DNA of 64,000 nt from contig JBHLJY010000009.1 of assembly GCA_048887225.1 (NCBI GenBank), positions 27,205 through 91,204 of the forward strand, read 5' to 3'. Position numbers and translations under genes: made by a program. This document shows, piece after piece, positions 29,174 to 38,234 of the stretch (position 1 is the first letter of the stretch; the number at the start of each line of letters is the position of its first letter). This DNA comes from Candidatus Hodarchaeota archaeon (lineage in GTDB: Archaea; Asgardarchaeota; Lokiarchaeia; Sigyniarchaeales; SOKP01). The notes under the pieces are model-generated. The model worked only from the letters and a program-made list of their open reading frames with translations, was not told the origin of the DNA and did no database searches.

Positions 29174-30325
29174 ATGGTAAACATTAATTATCGCCATTAT
29201 CAGGAAGGAGATGATCCGCAACTTGCTGATTTATTTAATAGAGCCTTTCAAATGAATGGTTTAAGTGTAGTTAGAACACCTAAAAGTTGGAATTGGCGTT
29301 ATATTCAATCTCCTAGTTTTGAGCCTGAAATGTGTCAAATTGCTGAAGAAATTGAAAATAAAAAGATTGTTGGTGCGGTTTGTGTTAATCTAATTGAAAA
29401 AATATCCTTTAATGGAAATGAATACTTAGTAGGTGAAATTAACGATGTATCTTGTCATCCGGACTTTACAAGAAGAGGAATAGCAACTAATTTAATGAAA
29501 ATGGCGATTAATTATATGGAAAAAAAGGGGTGTGATATTTCAATCCTTGGTGCCGACTATGATGGCCATGCGAGAAAAAAGATTTATTTAAAATTAGGAT
29601 ATTTTGATGTTGATGGGGGATATACTTTTTTACAATTCCCAAATCTCTTCAAATTAACAAAGGACATCATAGCCTTTGCAATTTTTTTTCCTGTATTTTT
29701 CACTATTTCGTATATTCCTCGATTTTTGAGTAGATTAAGAATAAAATATAATAATTTCTTTAGAAATTTTTCTTGGGAAATAAACGACAATAAGAAACAT
29801 ACTGAATTTATGGAAGCTGTTAACGAGATAATTCCAAAATATTACACAGGTTTTCCATTATATAATAAAAAAAAATTTGAATGGGCGCGCATGAAAGTTC
29901 CCGCTAAACGGCACAGACCTACTTATGTTATAATAAAAAAAAGAAGTAAAATCATAGGAGGCGCCGTAATTACTCATCAAAATATTTATGCATTTAAATA
30001 TGGCATAAAATTCAGAATTGGAATAATACATGATATTTTCCTAGATAAAACTCAGTTTACCAATAAAAAGAACTTGCATTTAGGATACATATATCTGATA
30101 GATAAAATAATTAAAGCTGCTACACGAAGGAATATAGGAATTTTAATGTATATGGCTACTTCTAAAGATTTTGATATACATAAAGCTCTGAAGGGCATGA
30201 ATTATCTTAAATTAAAAGGTGAAACCACTATGATAAAGCCTATAAAAAAAGATATTAAGATTACTAATCTTTTTTTCAAAAAGCCTTTATTTTTACCTAC
30301 TTATGTATCTTCAGGCGTTCCATAG
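29174..30325 (+). CDS. GNAT family N-acetyltransferase
   Basis: YRHYQEGD, DVSCHPDFTRRGIATNLM, YLKLGY; ATG at 29174 with a GAGGT RBS (track start 29135). Confidence 0.85.
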   Translation: MVNINYRHYQEGDDPQLADLFNRAFQMNGLSVVRTPKSWNWRYIQSPSFEPEMCQIAEEIENKKIVGAVCVNLIEKISFNGNEYLVGEINDVSCHPDFTRRGIATNLMKMAINYMEKKGCDISILGADYDGHARKKIYLKLGYFDVDGGYTFLQFPNLFKLTKDIIAFAIFFPVFFTISYIPRFLSRLRIKYNNFFRNFSWEINDNKKHTEFMEAVNEIIPKYYTGFPLYNKKKFEWARMKVPAKRHRPTYVIIKKRSKIIGGAVITHQNIYAFKYGIKFRIGIIHDIFLDKTQFTNKKNLHLGYIYLIDKIIKAATRRNIGILMYMATSKDFDIHKALKGMNYLKLKGETTMIKPIKKDIKITNLFFKKPLFLPTYVSSGVP

Positions 30326-30433
30326 TTATTCCTTTCAATCGAAATAAGATATTTCTATGAATCTTTATATAGAAAAAGACCAAATCTCTATATGAACTTT
30401 ATAAATTTTTGAATCTAGGATAAATGATTAAAT

Positions 30434-31840
30434 ATGAGAAATCGAACAGAAAAAAAAGCTAAAGCATTATCAACAAAAAAAGCTTTAGGATTTGGGATTG
30501 GTCAATTTTCAGATGCAATTGCGCTTCAAATGTTTACAATTTATATTTTTACGTTTTACTACGCAGTTGTTGGATTAAATGTTAATCTTATTACGATTGG
30601 TTTTATAATCTGGTCTTTATGGAATGCGTTTAACGATCCATTACTAGGAGCATTATCAGATCGAACAAAAACAAAATGGGGAAGAAGGACACCATTTATT
30701 ATTGGAAGTATTGGTCCGTTATGTATCATAATAATATTATTATATACGCCTCCTTCTGATATTGTTGTTATATCGTTTATCTATTTTATCATTGTAATGA
30801 TGTTATTTGATACTTTTTACACAATGTATGATTTGAATTATTGCGCCTTATTTCCTGAAATGTTCCAAAATTTAGAAGATAGAGCTAAGGCAAGTGCTTT
30901 TAAACAAATATTTACTGTAATTGGTTTAATTTTTGCCTTTTTAGTGCCAACACTTATTATTCCTGATTTAACAAATAAAAAATATATTACCAATTATATG
31001 TATGCGGGGATTGTCATGAGCATTATAATATTCATTGGTGCAATAGTGATGATAAAATTCGGAATAAGAGAAAGAGCAGAATTTTCTGAAGATTATAAAA
31101 CAGCCCCTCCATTATTTACTTCCTTAAAATTTTCTATGAAGAATAAAAGTTTTAGAATTTTTATTATCATGAATCTAACATATTGGTATGTCGTGGGAAT
31201 GCTTCCAATCATTGTGCCACTTTACGGCAAATTTGTCTTAGGAATTGGGGAAGGAGAAGCATATTTATTAGGGCTTCTATTAGGTATCGCATTTATTTCA
31301 GCGGCAGGGTGTATGTCGCTATGGCGTTTTATAGCTATTAGAGTAGGGATGAAAAAAGGTGTAATGATATCAATGGCAACATTTATAATTACATTAATTC
31401 CATTTATGTTTATATCTGACACATCAACTGCGTTTTTAGCATTCCTTTTTGTTGGATTGGGTCTTTCAGGAGCCTTTTATTTTGGAGATATTCTTCTTGC
31501 TGCAATTATAGATGATGATGAGTTAAATATAGGGACTCGACGTGATGGAGGCTATTATGGTATTAACGCTTTAATTACTAAATTATCTACGATAATTGTA
31601 ATAATTACGATTAATATAGTATTTAATACCGTTGGTTGGGCCGTTTTTGACCCAAAAGGAGCTGATGAGCAGACTATTTTCGGCCTTCGAAGTTTGATAG
31701 TTATTTTTCCAGCGATTGCCCTAGGAATTGGATTATTAGTAATTAGTCGATTTCCAATTACTAAAGAAAGATATGAACAGATTAAGATTGATATCGAAAA
31801 ATTACATACAGAGAAAAAGAAAAGACGAGCAATGCTTTAA
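30434..31840 (+). CDS. MFS transporter, GPH/MelB family
   Basis: WNAFNDPLLGALSDRTKTKWGRRTP, IIDDDEL..GTRRDGGYYG; about 12 TM. Confidence 0.92.
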   Translation: MRNRTEKKAKALSTKKALGFGIGQFSDAIALQMFTIYIFTFYYAVVGLNVNLITIGFIIWSLWNAFNDPLLGALSDRTKTKWGRRTPFIIGSIGPLCIIIILLYTPPSDIVVISFIYFIIVMMLFDTFYTMYDLNYCALFPEMFQNLEDRAKASAFKQIFTVIGLIFAFLVPTLIIPDLTNKKYITNYMYAGIVMSIIIFIGAIVMIKFGIRERAEFSEDYKTAPPLFTSLKFSMKNKSFRIFIIMNLTYWYVVGMLPIIVPLYGKFVLGIGEGEAYLLGLLLGIAFISAAGCMSLWRFIAIRVGMKKGVMISMATFIITLIPFMFISDTSTAFLAFLFVGLGLSGAFYFGDILLAAIIDDDELNIGTRRDGGYYGINALITKLSTIIVIITINIVFNTVGWAVFDPKGADEQTIFGLRSLIVIFPAIALGIGLLVISRFPITKERYEQIKIDIEKLHTEKKKRRAML

Positions 31841-31847
31841 ATATTTT

Positions 31848-32498
31848 TTAAATAAAAAATTTTTGTTGTAGTTGAATATACTCGTAATAATCATGAAGTG
31901 AATCCTCGACTAAATCAGACACTATTTCGTAAAATTGTCTAAAAAGTTCTTCAGGAAAGATTTCCATTTCAAAGATGATTTTTGTTATTAAATCTTCAGC
32001 CAGTATCTGAGAATTTATTGATTGATGATATAGCAAAAAATTCATCATTCTTCGTTCAACTTCAACTTTGACGATATTTTTACAAAGTTTAAATCCAATA
32101 TCCGTTTTTAAATCGAGGAAATACGGATAATTCTTCTCATCTAATATTTTTTTGATATGTAATACACCTATAATTTTTTCTACGCTATAATCTAAAGAAC
32201 TAGGTTGAATTCCAAACTTTCGGCAAAATTTTTTTTTTGATTCGTGGGCAGGAAACGCTTTAGGATGTCTCGAAACAATGTAATAAGCTGCTATAAAGAA
32301 CTTAAATAAGTTATGAGGAATTTTACCATTTAATTTCAATAACCTATATATAATAGAGATTGTATCTAATGTTAAATTTCGATTTATATCAAATTGTTCT
32401 AAAAATTCCTGTCCATCTTTTAAAAGATTTATTGTTATTCGATCTTTTGTATTTAAAACTTCTTGGTTTATATTAATTAATTCTAACATTTGACACAC
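31848..32498 (-). CDS. hypothetical protein with a cyclin/TFIIB-like helical repeat
   Basis: FFIAAYYIVSRH..ESKKKFCRKFGIQPSSLDYSVEKI resembles a TFB cyclin-fold repeat; start may be the ATG three codons inside. Confidence 0.5.
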   Translation of the reverse strand: MCQMLELININQEVLNTKDRITINLLKDGQEFLEQFDINRNLTLDTISIIYRLLKLNGKIPHNLFKFFIAAYYIVSRHPKAFPAHESKKKFCRKFGIQPSSLDYSVEKIIGVLHIKKILDEKNYPYFLDLKTDIGFKLCKNIVKVEVERRMMNFLLYHQSINSQILAEDLITKIIFEMEIFPEELFRQFYEIVSDLVEDSLHDYYEYIQLQQKFFI

Positions 32499-32610
32499 AC
32501 AACCCGTATTTTAAGCCTAATACTAGTTCAATTAATATATAAAAGAAATTTTTTCGATATTATTTTGATAATATTTATATAATATACTTATAACATTACT
32601 TATATTTAAA

Positions 32611-32628
32611 TGTTGCATTATTGCAACA
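32611..32628. promoter_or_regulatory. palindromic operator-like site TGTTGCA-TTAT-TGCAACA
   Basis: Perfect 7-4-7 inverted repeat in a divergent intergenic region, upstream of a TTTATATA box (about 32652). Confidence 0.5.
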
Positions 32629-32712
32629 ATATAGTATCACAATTGCAAACATTTATATACTTGATAGGATATGTGTTAATTAACTAATTTTGTCGCAGGG
32701 TTTAATTATAAG

Positions 32713-33162
32713 ATGCCTGAAAACGAAGAAGAAATAAAAAGGAAGTCACGCATCACAATAGGATTAGACGATTTTGACTATAGGGTAGTCAACAAAATGT
32801 CTATGAATAGAAACTTGCCTCTTTCAGAAGTTATCAGAATTGTAGTACATCAATGGATTGAGTTTAATCCTGAAATTTTAAAACGAAATTATGGCATTGA
32901 GTTACAAGATATAACAGAGGAAATTCAAAGCGAATCCTTAGAAATTTCTATTGATAAAACTCTAAAACCATATGAAAAAGCTATGATTAAAGAATTACCA
33001 GAATTTTTTGAATTAGTAAATGATGTAGGTATAGAAGATCTTGCAGAACATTTCAATCTCAATCCTAAAGCAATAAAAAATATTATTTTTACTCATGGTA
33101 AAGAAATCAAAAATGTTGGATTAAATTTAAAATTAAAAGAAGGAAGAATATATAAAAACTAG
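32713..33162 (+). CDS. ribbon-helix-helix (CopG-like) plus HTH regulator
   Basis: RITIGLDDFDYRVVNKMS..LSEVIRIVV (RHH); IEDLAEHFNLNPKAIKNII (HTH). Confidence 0.7.
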   Translation: MPENEEEIKRKSRITIGLDDFDYRVVNKMSMNRNLPLSEVIRIVVHQWIEFNPEILKRNYGIELQDITEEIQSESLEISIDKTLKPYEKAMIKELPEFFELVNDVGIEDLAEHFNLNPKAIKNIIFTHGKEIKNVGLNLKLKEGRIYKN

Positions 33163-33165
33163 TAT

Positions 33166-33765
33166 TTAGTCGCTAAGTTCCAATTCTTCTTCACTTTCTT
33201 TGATAGCATTTACAAATATTTCAGTAACCATTCTAAACGCTTTTTCTACATTTTCTCCTGTTTTTGCCGATGTCTCAATATAAGGGATCTCCATGTTCTT
33301 GTATCCTGGATATTTTATATACAAGGATTTTATAAATCTGACAACTTCTTTATTATCTATTGACCTTTCTTCTTCTAAATCGACTTTATTTCCAATTAAA
33401 ATAGTGGGAATTGCGGGCTCTTCTAATCCCATATACATGTCATTAAACCAATGTTCTAGATTCATTAAGCTACTAAAACGAGTTAAATCAAAGACAGCTA
33501 AACAAATCATAGTCCCTAAATAAAATAGAGATCTAACTTCCTTAAAATGTGGTTGCCCCGCCAAATCCCAAATTAATACTTTAACTTTTTCACCATTTTT
33601 GCCGATTTGAATTATTTCTGAATAGAAATTGGCACCAACTGTCATTAGATAAGCAGTTGAGAAAAATCCATGGCAGAAATTCTCAGCTAGACTTGTTTTT
33701 CCTGTAGCACCGTCACCAATCAAGACAGCTTTTGCAAGGTAAGCATAATCTTTAGAGATGCTCAT
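33166..33765 (-). CDS. Rab-like small GTPase (Ras superfamily)
   Basis: G1 GDGATGKT, G2 T in YLMTVG, G3 WDLAGQ, G4 NKVD, G5 ETSAK. Confidence 0.93.
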   Translation of the reverse strand: MSISKDYAYLAKAVLIGDGATGKTSLAENFCHGFFSTAYLMTVGANFYSEIIQIGKNGEKVKVLIWDLAGQPHFKEVRSLFYLGTMICLAVFDLTRFSSLMNLEHWFNDMYMGLEEPAIPTILIGNKVDLEEERSIDNKEVVRFIKSLYIKYPGYKNMEIPYIETSAKTGENVEKAFRMVTEIFVNAIKESEEELELSD

Positions 33766-33822
33766 AAAGCAATTTGAGAAATATGTATAAAACTATATTA
33801 TGAATATAAAGATAATAAGTTT

Positions 33823-34611
33823 TCATTTATATTTTTTAATGAATCCTTTTAAAGGAGTAAAATATTCCTCTTTATAGGAAAAAATATCATTATGCCCAGC
33901 ACCCTCTATTAAAACTAATTTTTTATCAATTCCCTCTTTAATAGAATTAAATATAGCTTTTCCCTCTTCGCATGGAATAATCCAATCCATTGTTCCATGA
34001 ATTATTAAGGTTGGTTTTTGAAATTTTTTAATTCTCGTATCGTTTGAATATTCACTCAAGTTTGCTGGAGTAATATCTGGACTTCGCACTCCAAACAATC
34101 TTGTCATCATATTATAAATACTAGCAAATCCACTTTCAAAGATAACACCATTAAGCTCTTTTGGATTATGCGAACCTATTTCGGATGCGCAAACGCTTCC
34201 AAGTGATCGTCCTTGAACAAATAATGAATTTTTCAGATTATTATTAATCATCCATTCTTTAAATTGTATATAAATTGGCATAGCATCTGTAATTAAACCA
34301 GAATATATTGGCTGCCCGGTACTGTGACCGTATCCACGAAAATCTGCTACAGCTAAATTTATATCACACTCAAAAAATAGTTCATAAAAATATCTATAAT
34401 CAAGCGCAATTTCGCCGTTCCCGTGAAAAAATAAAATGGTTGGCAAGTTTGAATCCTTTATATAACAATAACCTCCAATTAAAATATCTTCACTTATTTG
34501 AAAATTTAAAGCTTTAATCTCATGAGGTAAATCATTAGGAATTGATGTTTTTCTTGGATAAAAGACAACCGATGAGATTCGTGGATCATCTATTAATTGT
34601 TTAATCGCCAT
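33823..34611 (-). CDS. alpha/beta hydrolase (ABHD13/17, BEM46-like)
   Basis: FFHGNGE, DFRGYGHS, GRSLG, IHGTMD, GAGHND. Confidence 0.9.
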   Translation of the reverse strand: MAIKQLIDDPRISSVVFYPRKTSIPNDLPHEIKALNFQISEDILIGGYCYIKDSNLPTILFFHGNGEIALDYRYFYELFFECDINLAVADFRGYGHSTGQPIYSGLITDAMPIYIQFKEWMINNNLKNSLFVQGRSLGSVCASEIGSHNPKELNGVIFESGFASIYNMMTRLFGVRSPDITPANLSEYSNDTRIKKFQKPTLIIHGTMDWIIPCEEGKAIFNSIKEGIDKKLVLIEGAGHNDIFSYKEEYFTPLKGFIKKYK

Positions 34612-34658
34612 TTTTAAATATTAAATTATAAACGATAAATTATAAAAAAAAGGAATAA

Positions 34659-35381
34659 TTATGCTTTTAGACCTAAATACATCCATACTGCGAATGTCAT
34701 CATAGCTCCTCTCCAAATTCCTAAATATAATCCAGGGGCAAATAACGAATCAGCTAATCCGCAAATAAAGAAAATTAAGAAACCTATGAATAAATAAGTA
34801 AATTTCTTTCTTAGTTCGCCATTTGCTTGCTTTGCTTTTATAGCAAATCCTATTACTAAAAACACAAGAACAGATACTAAAAAGATGGCAACTAAATAAA
34901 ATGCTAGATTATTTCTGCTAAAAGAAGAATCAATTAAATCACCTTCGGCATATGGATTAAATTCAAAGGCTCCTGTTGGTCCAATTGGATTTGTAAATAT
35001 CAGGATCTCAAAGATTATGCCTAATACTGTATAAATACCTATTATTACTTTTTTCCACTCAGGTATCATGAGTTCGGAACCAAGATAAAAAGCGCCTACA
35101 ACTCCTGGAGCAACCCATACATAAGACAACCATCCATAGAGATGTTCGGGAGAGATATTTCTTCCTGTTAACATTACCATAAAAAAGTCTGTTGCTGGCC
35201 CCAACCAAAACAACCCTATGTTAATCATCACTAAACCTGCTACACCAAGGAGTTTAGCTTCTAATTTTCTAGCGTGATAAAAGGATATTATTCCAAAGAT
35301 TACTGAAAATAAAATTATGCCTGTAGCCGTTATTCCGTCAATAAATCCTAAAAGGGAAAGATTTCCTATTTCTCGAGCCAT
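34659..35381 (-). CDS. polytopic membrane protein (about 7 TM)
   Basis: Seven hydrophobic segments and no soluble domain. Confidence 0.7.
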   Translation of the reverse strand: MAREIGNLSLLGFIDGITATGIILFSVIFGIISFYHARKLEAKLLGVAGLVMINIGLFWLGPATDFFMVMLTGRNISPEHLYGWLSYVWVAPGVVGAFYLGSELMIPEWKKVIIGIYTVLGIIFEILIFTNPIGPTGAFEFNPYAEGDLIDSSFSRNNLAFYLVAIFLVSVLVFLVIGFAIKAKQANGELRKKFTYLFIGFLIFFICGLADSLFAPGLYLGIWRGAMMTFAVWMYLGLKA

Positions 35382-35523
35382 ATAATTTTTACACCTATTT
35401 TAAATAATTATTATTATTTAACTCCACAATTATTTAAATTTTTAACTAATTTGAAAAAAAAATTTTAATTGCTTATATAATAAGTTAGTTATCTATTTTT
35501 ATCTTTTTAGATAAATTTCTTTT

Positions 35524-36423
35524 CTATTTTTTATATTTTAATCCATGTTTCTTTTCTCTTCTAATAAATTTCTCCACATCGTAGGGGATTTTTTCGCCTG
35601 TATCTACGATTCTTCTTAATGTAACTTTTTTACTTTCTTCTACCATCATTTGGGTAGGTTGATATTTTCTAGCAGGATTTCCAATATATATCCAATCAGG
35701 TTCTAAAATTTGTCCGATGTGTGTTGTTGCCCATACACCTAACGTTGTACCTTTTCCAATAACAGTACCAGGTGCGACAATTGCATTTCCTCCAATAATA
35801 ACATGATCTCCAATTATAACTTTTTTTATTAAAAGATGATCTGCAATAATCATACTTGATAGTACCACAGCTCCTTGCCCCAACATTATACTCTCCCCAT
35901 AATCAATAAATTCAACATCACTCCATCCGTCGAACATCGTACTTTTAAAGTCTGCTCTCATGTCACACATTTTAAAAGCTAAATTAGAGGCCCAAGGAAA
36001 GGCAAAATTATTCCAAGTCCAAAAAATAAATTTTTTAATGGCTATTCTAAGACAATAAAAATAATAATCCTTATCTTTTTTATCTATTCTAAAAAGGCCT
36101 TCTCGTGGTTTATGAATTAATTGTAAAATTAATAAGAAAAGTTTACCAAAAAGCAAACTAGAGAGAATATAAATTCCCCACCAAGCCATTACATCAACAA
36201 TTATAATTAAAATTCTCCACCAATTTGAAAAAGTCCCATCCATCGCAGAGGTATAAAATGTTAAAATTAAAACAGATGGCATCATAAATGATAATATATG
36301 CAATAGACTATAGAGAAATATTGCTGTTGGCGTCCAGGTAAATGCATTTGTAGTTATTGGATATTGTTCTATGTCGATGGATTCAAAATCTTCAATATTA
36401 ACATTTTTACCCTCATTCTCCAT
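35524..36423 (-). CDS. 2TM plus hexapeptide-repeat (LbH) acyltransferase-like protein, one module
   Basis: 2 TM, HKPREG..YY, then hexapeptides VIIGDHVIIGGNAIVAPGTVIGKGTTLG and YIGNPAR. Confidence 0.85.
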   Translation of the reverse strand: MENEGKNVNIEDFESIDIEQYPITTNAFTWTPTAIFLYSLLHILSFMMPSVLILTFYTSAMDGTFSNWWRILIIIVDVMAWWGIYILSSLLFGKLFLLILQLIHKPREGLFRIDKKDKDYYFYCLRIAIKKFIFWTWNNFAFPWASNLAFKMCDMRADFKSTMFDGWSDVEFIDYGESIMLGQGAVVLSSMIIADHLLIKKVIIGDHVIIGGNAIVAPGTVIGKGTTLGVWATTHIGQILEPDWIYIGNPARKYQPTQMMVEESKKVTLRRIVDTGEKIPYDVEKFIRREKKHGLKYKK

Positions 36424-38026
36424 TATATTCCCCCCCTGTGAATCTTAAAATTTCTTCTTTTTTGAGTCTTCTGATTGGAAAGCCTGAATATATTCCATTA
36501 TCTCCAATTTTATCGTATTTTATTGTTGTAGCACTTGGTAGAAACGTTGCGTGATTTCCTATTTCCAAGCCTGGCATCCCACCAGTTAAAGAATTAAAAA
36601 CACAATTATTGCCAATTTCTACTCCGAAGAAAGTTAGATTCTCCTCGCCATAGACACCATCTACAAGGTGATTAGATAGGTGAGCAAAGGTTCCTAAATA
36701 ACAATTCTTTCCAAAATTAATATGGCTATGAATATAAGATTCTTCTAGAACTGTACCTTTTCCAATTTTGTTAGAACCGATAAATCTTAACTCCCATTTA
36801 AGCAACCATGGAAATGGTGAACGCATAATTGCGAAAATTGGATATTTCATTAAAAAGGATCTAAAATGATAATAATCTAACATAGTTGAAGATTCAGATA
36901 GATTTCTATCAAAAAGACCTTGAGCAGGTCCTCTTTTATCCGCAAATCTATAAATCCACCTTGTAAATAAAGCTACAAAGAATAGATGTAACAAATAAAT
37001 ACTAATAAAAATCAATGGAGTGAGAAGTAAGATAATAATTATTTTCAAATCTAAAAGTAGCCCAAAAGAAAATGGAATTGTTAGAAGATTAGGAATGAGG
37101 AATCCAAAAAAAAAAAAGATAAAAAGAAAGCCAGGTATTATATAGGAACCACCAGTAATAAGCCAACCCGATGATATATATGCTTGATAAGGTACACTTA
37201 ACGCTTTTGTTTCTGCTTTTAGGATAACCTCATTAACTTCTTTTTCAGTATCCTTTTCAAAGATCTGTTGTTTAATCTCTTTTTTATTTTTTAAAGGGCT
37301 GTTTGTCATAATTCTTCTAGCTGGTATACCATTATATATCGAATTGCCTTTAAGATGTTGATTAATTGTAGTCATAGTATTTGCTCCAAGTATTGTGTTA
37401 GATTCTATAATAGTTCCAGGAGCAACGCAAGAATGTGCAGAAATAATAACATTATCTTTTATTACAACTTTCTTTATAAGTAATTTATCTCTGATAATAA
37501 TATTAGACATTATGATACTTCCTTGCCCAATTTTTACATTTCTCCCAAATTTAATAAATTCACAATCAACCCAACCTTCATTCAATGAATTAATTCTATT
37601 TGTTTTTACACCAAGTATTTTTAATGCCAAGGTTTCAAGAATTGGTAAATTTATTTGACGTGCCAACCAAAAGGGCCATTTTCTGATTATAGCCCTCAAG
37701 CTCCAATAGCAATATTCCTCATCGTTTTTATTTCTATTAAAGATCCCCTCTCTTGGCTTATGCATTATATTTATAAAAATGAGGAAAATTTTTGCCACTA
37801 TTATTGAACTTATAAATAGAATAATTATACCTATGAAGAAAACAAACGGAAAAAGAATGAAGAAAATTATATTAAACTTCGGAAAAAACTGCCAAAAATA
37901 CCAAAACCAAATTATTGCTGGCTGAGCACTTAAGGTAATAATAATAAAATAAATAATAAGATAGTTTTTTTTCGCTAAAGTATTAGTTGTTCTAGGCCCC
38001 TCTCTTAATGATGATGGTATCGAAAT
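36413..38026 (-). CDS. 2TM plus LbH acyltransferase-like protein, two modules; probable non-canonical start
   Basis: Two LbH blocks ending YNGIPAR and YSGFPIR; frame open from the track start 37798 to 38038 and encoding 2 TM homologous to the paralog; ATT at 38026 preceded by GTGAT. Confidence 0.75.
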   Translation of the reverse strand: MSIPSSLREGPRTTNTLAKKNYLIIYFIIITLSAQPAIIWFWYFWQFFPKFNIIFFILFPFVFFIGIIILFISSIIVAKIFLIFINIMHKPREGIFNRNKNDEEYCYWSLRAIIRKWPFWLARQINLPILETLALKILGVKTNRINSLNEGWVDCEFIKFGRNVKIGQGSIIMSNIIIRDKLLIKKVVIKDNVIISAHSCVAPGTIIESNTILGANTMTTINQHLKGNSIYNGIPARRIMTNSPLKNKKEIKQQIFEKDTEKEVNEVILKAETKALSVPYQAYISSGWLITGGSYIIPGFLFIFFFFGFLIPNLLTIPFSFGLLLDLKIIIILLLTPLIFISIYLLHLFFVALFTRWIYRFADKRGPAQGLFDRNLSESSTMLDYYHFRSFLMKYPIFAIMRSPFPWLLKWELRFIGSNKIGKGTVLEESYIHSHINFGKNCYLGTFAHLSNHLVDGVYGEENLTFFGVEIGNNCVFNSLTGGMPGLEIGNHATFLPSATTIKYDKIGDNGIYSGFPIRRLKKEEILRFTGGEYNGE

Positions 38027-38234
38027 TGTAAGATCACTTTAAACAATAATGTTTCTTTGCCTAAATATTAAAAATAATACTGTTTTTCTAATTAAATCTT
38101 TTTATTCGAAAATAAGGTTTTCAAAAAACCTCTTAAAATTTTTAACATATGGAAATTTCAAATTCATAAATATTAAAATCTAATAACATTGCTAATAAAA
38201 TCTTAAAGTTAAATTATATGGGGATAAAAAAATA

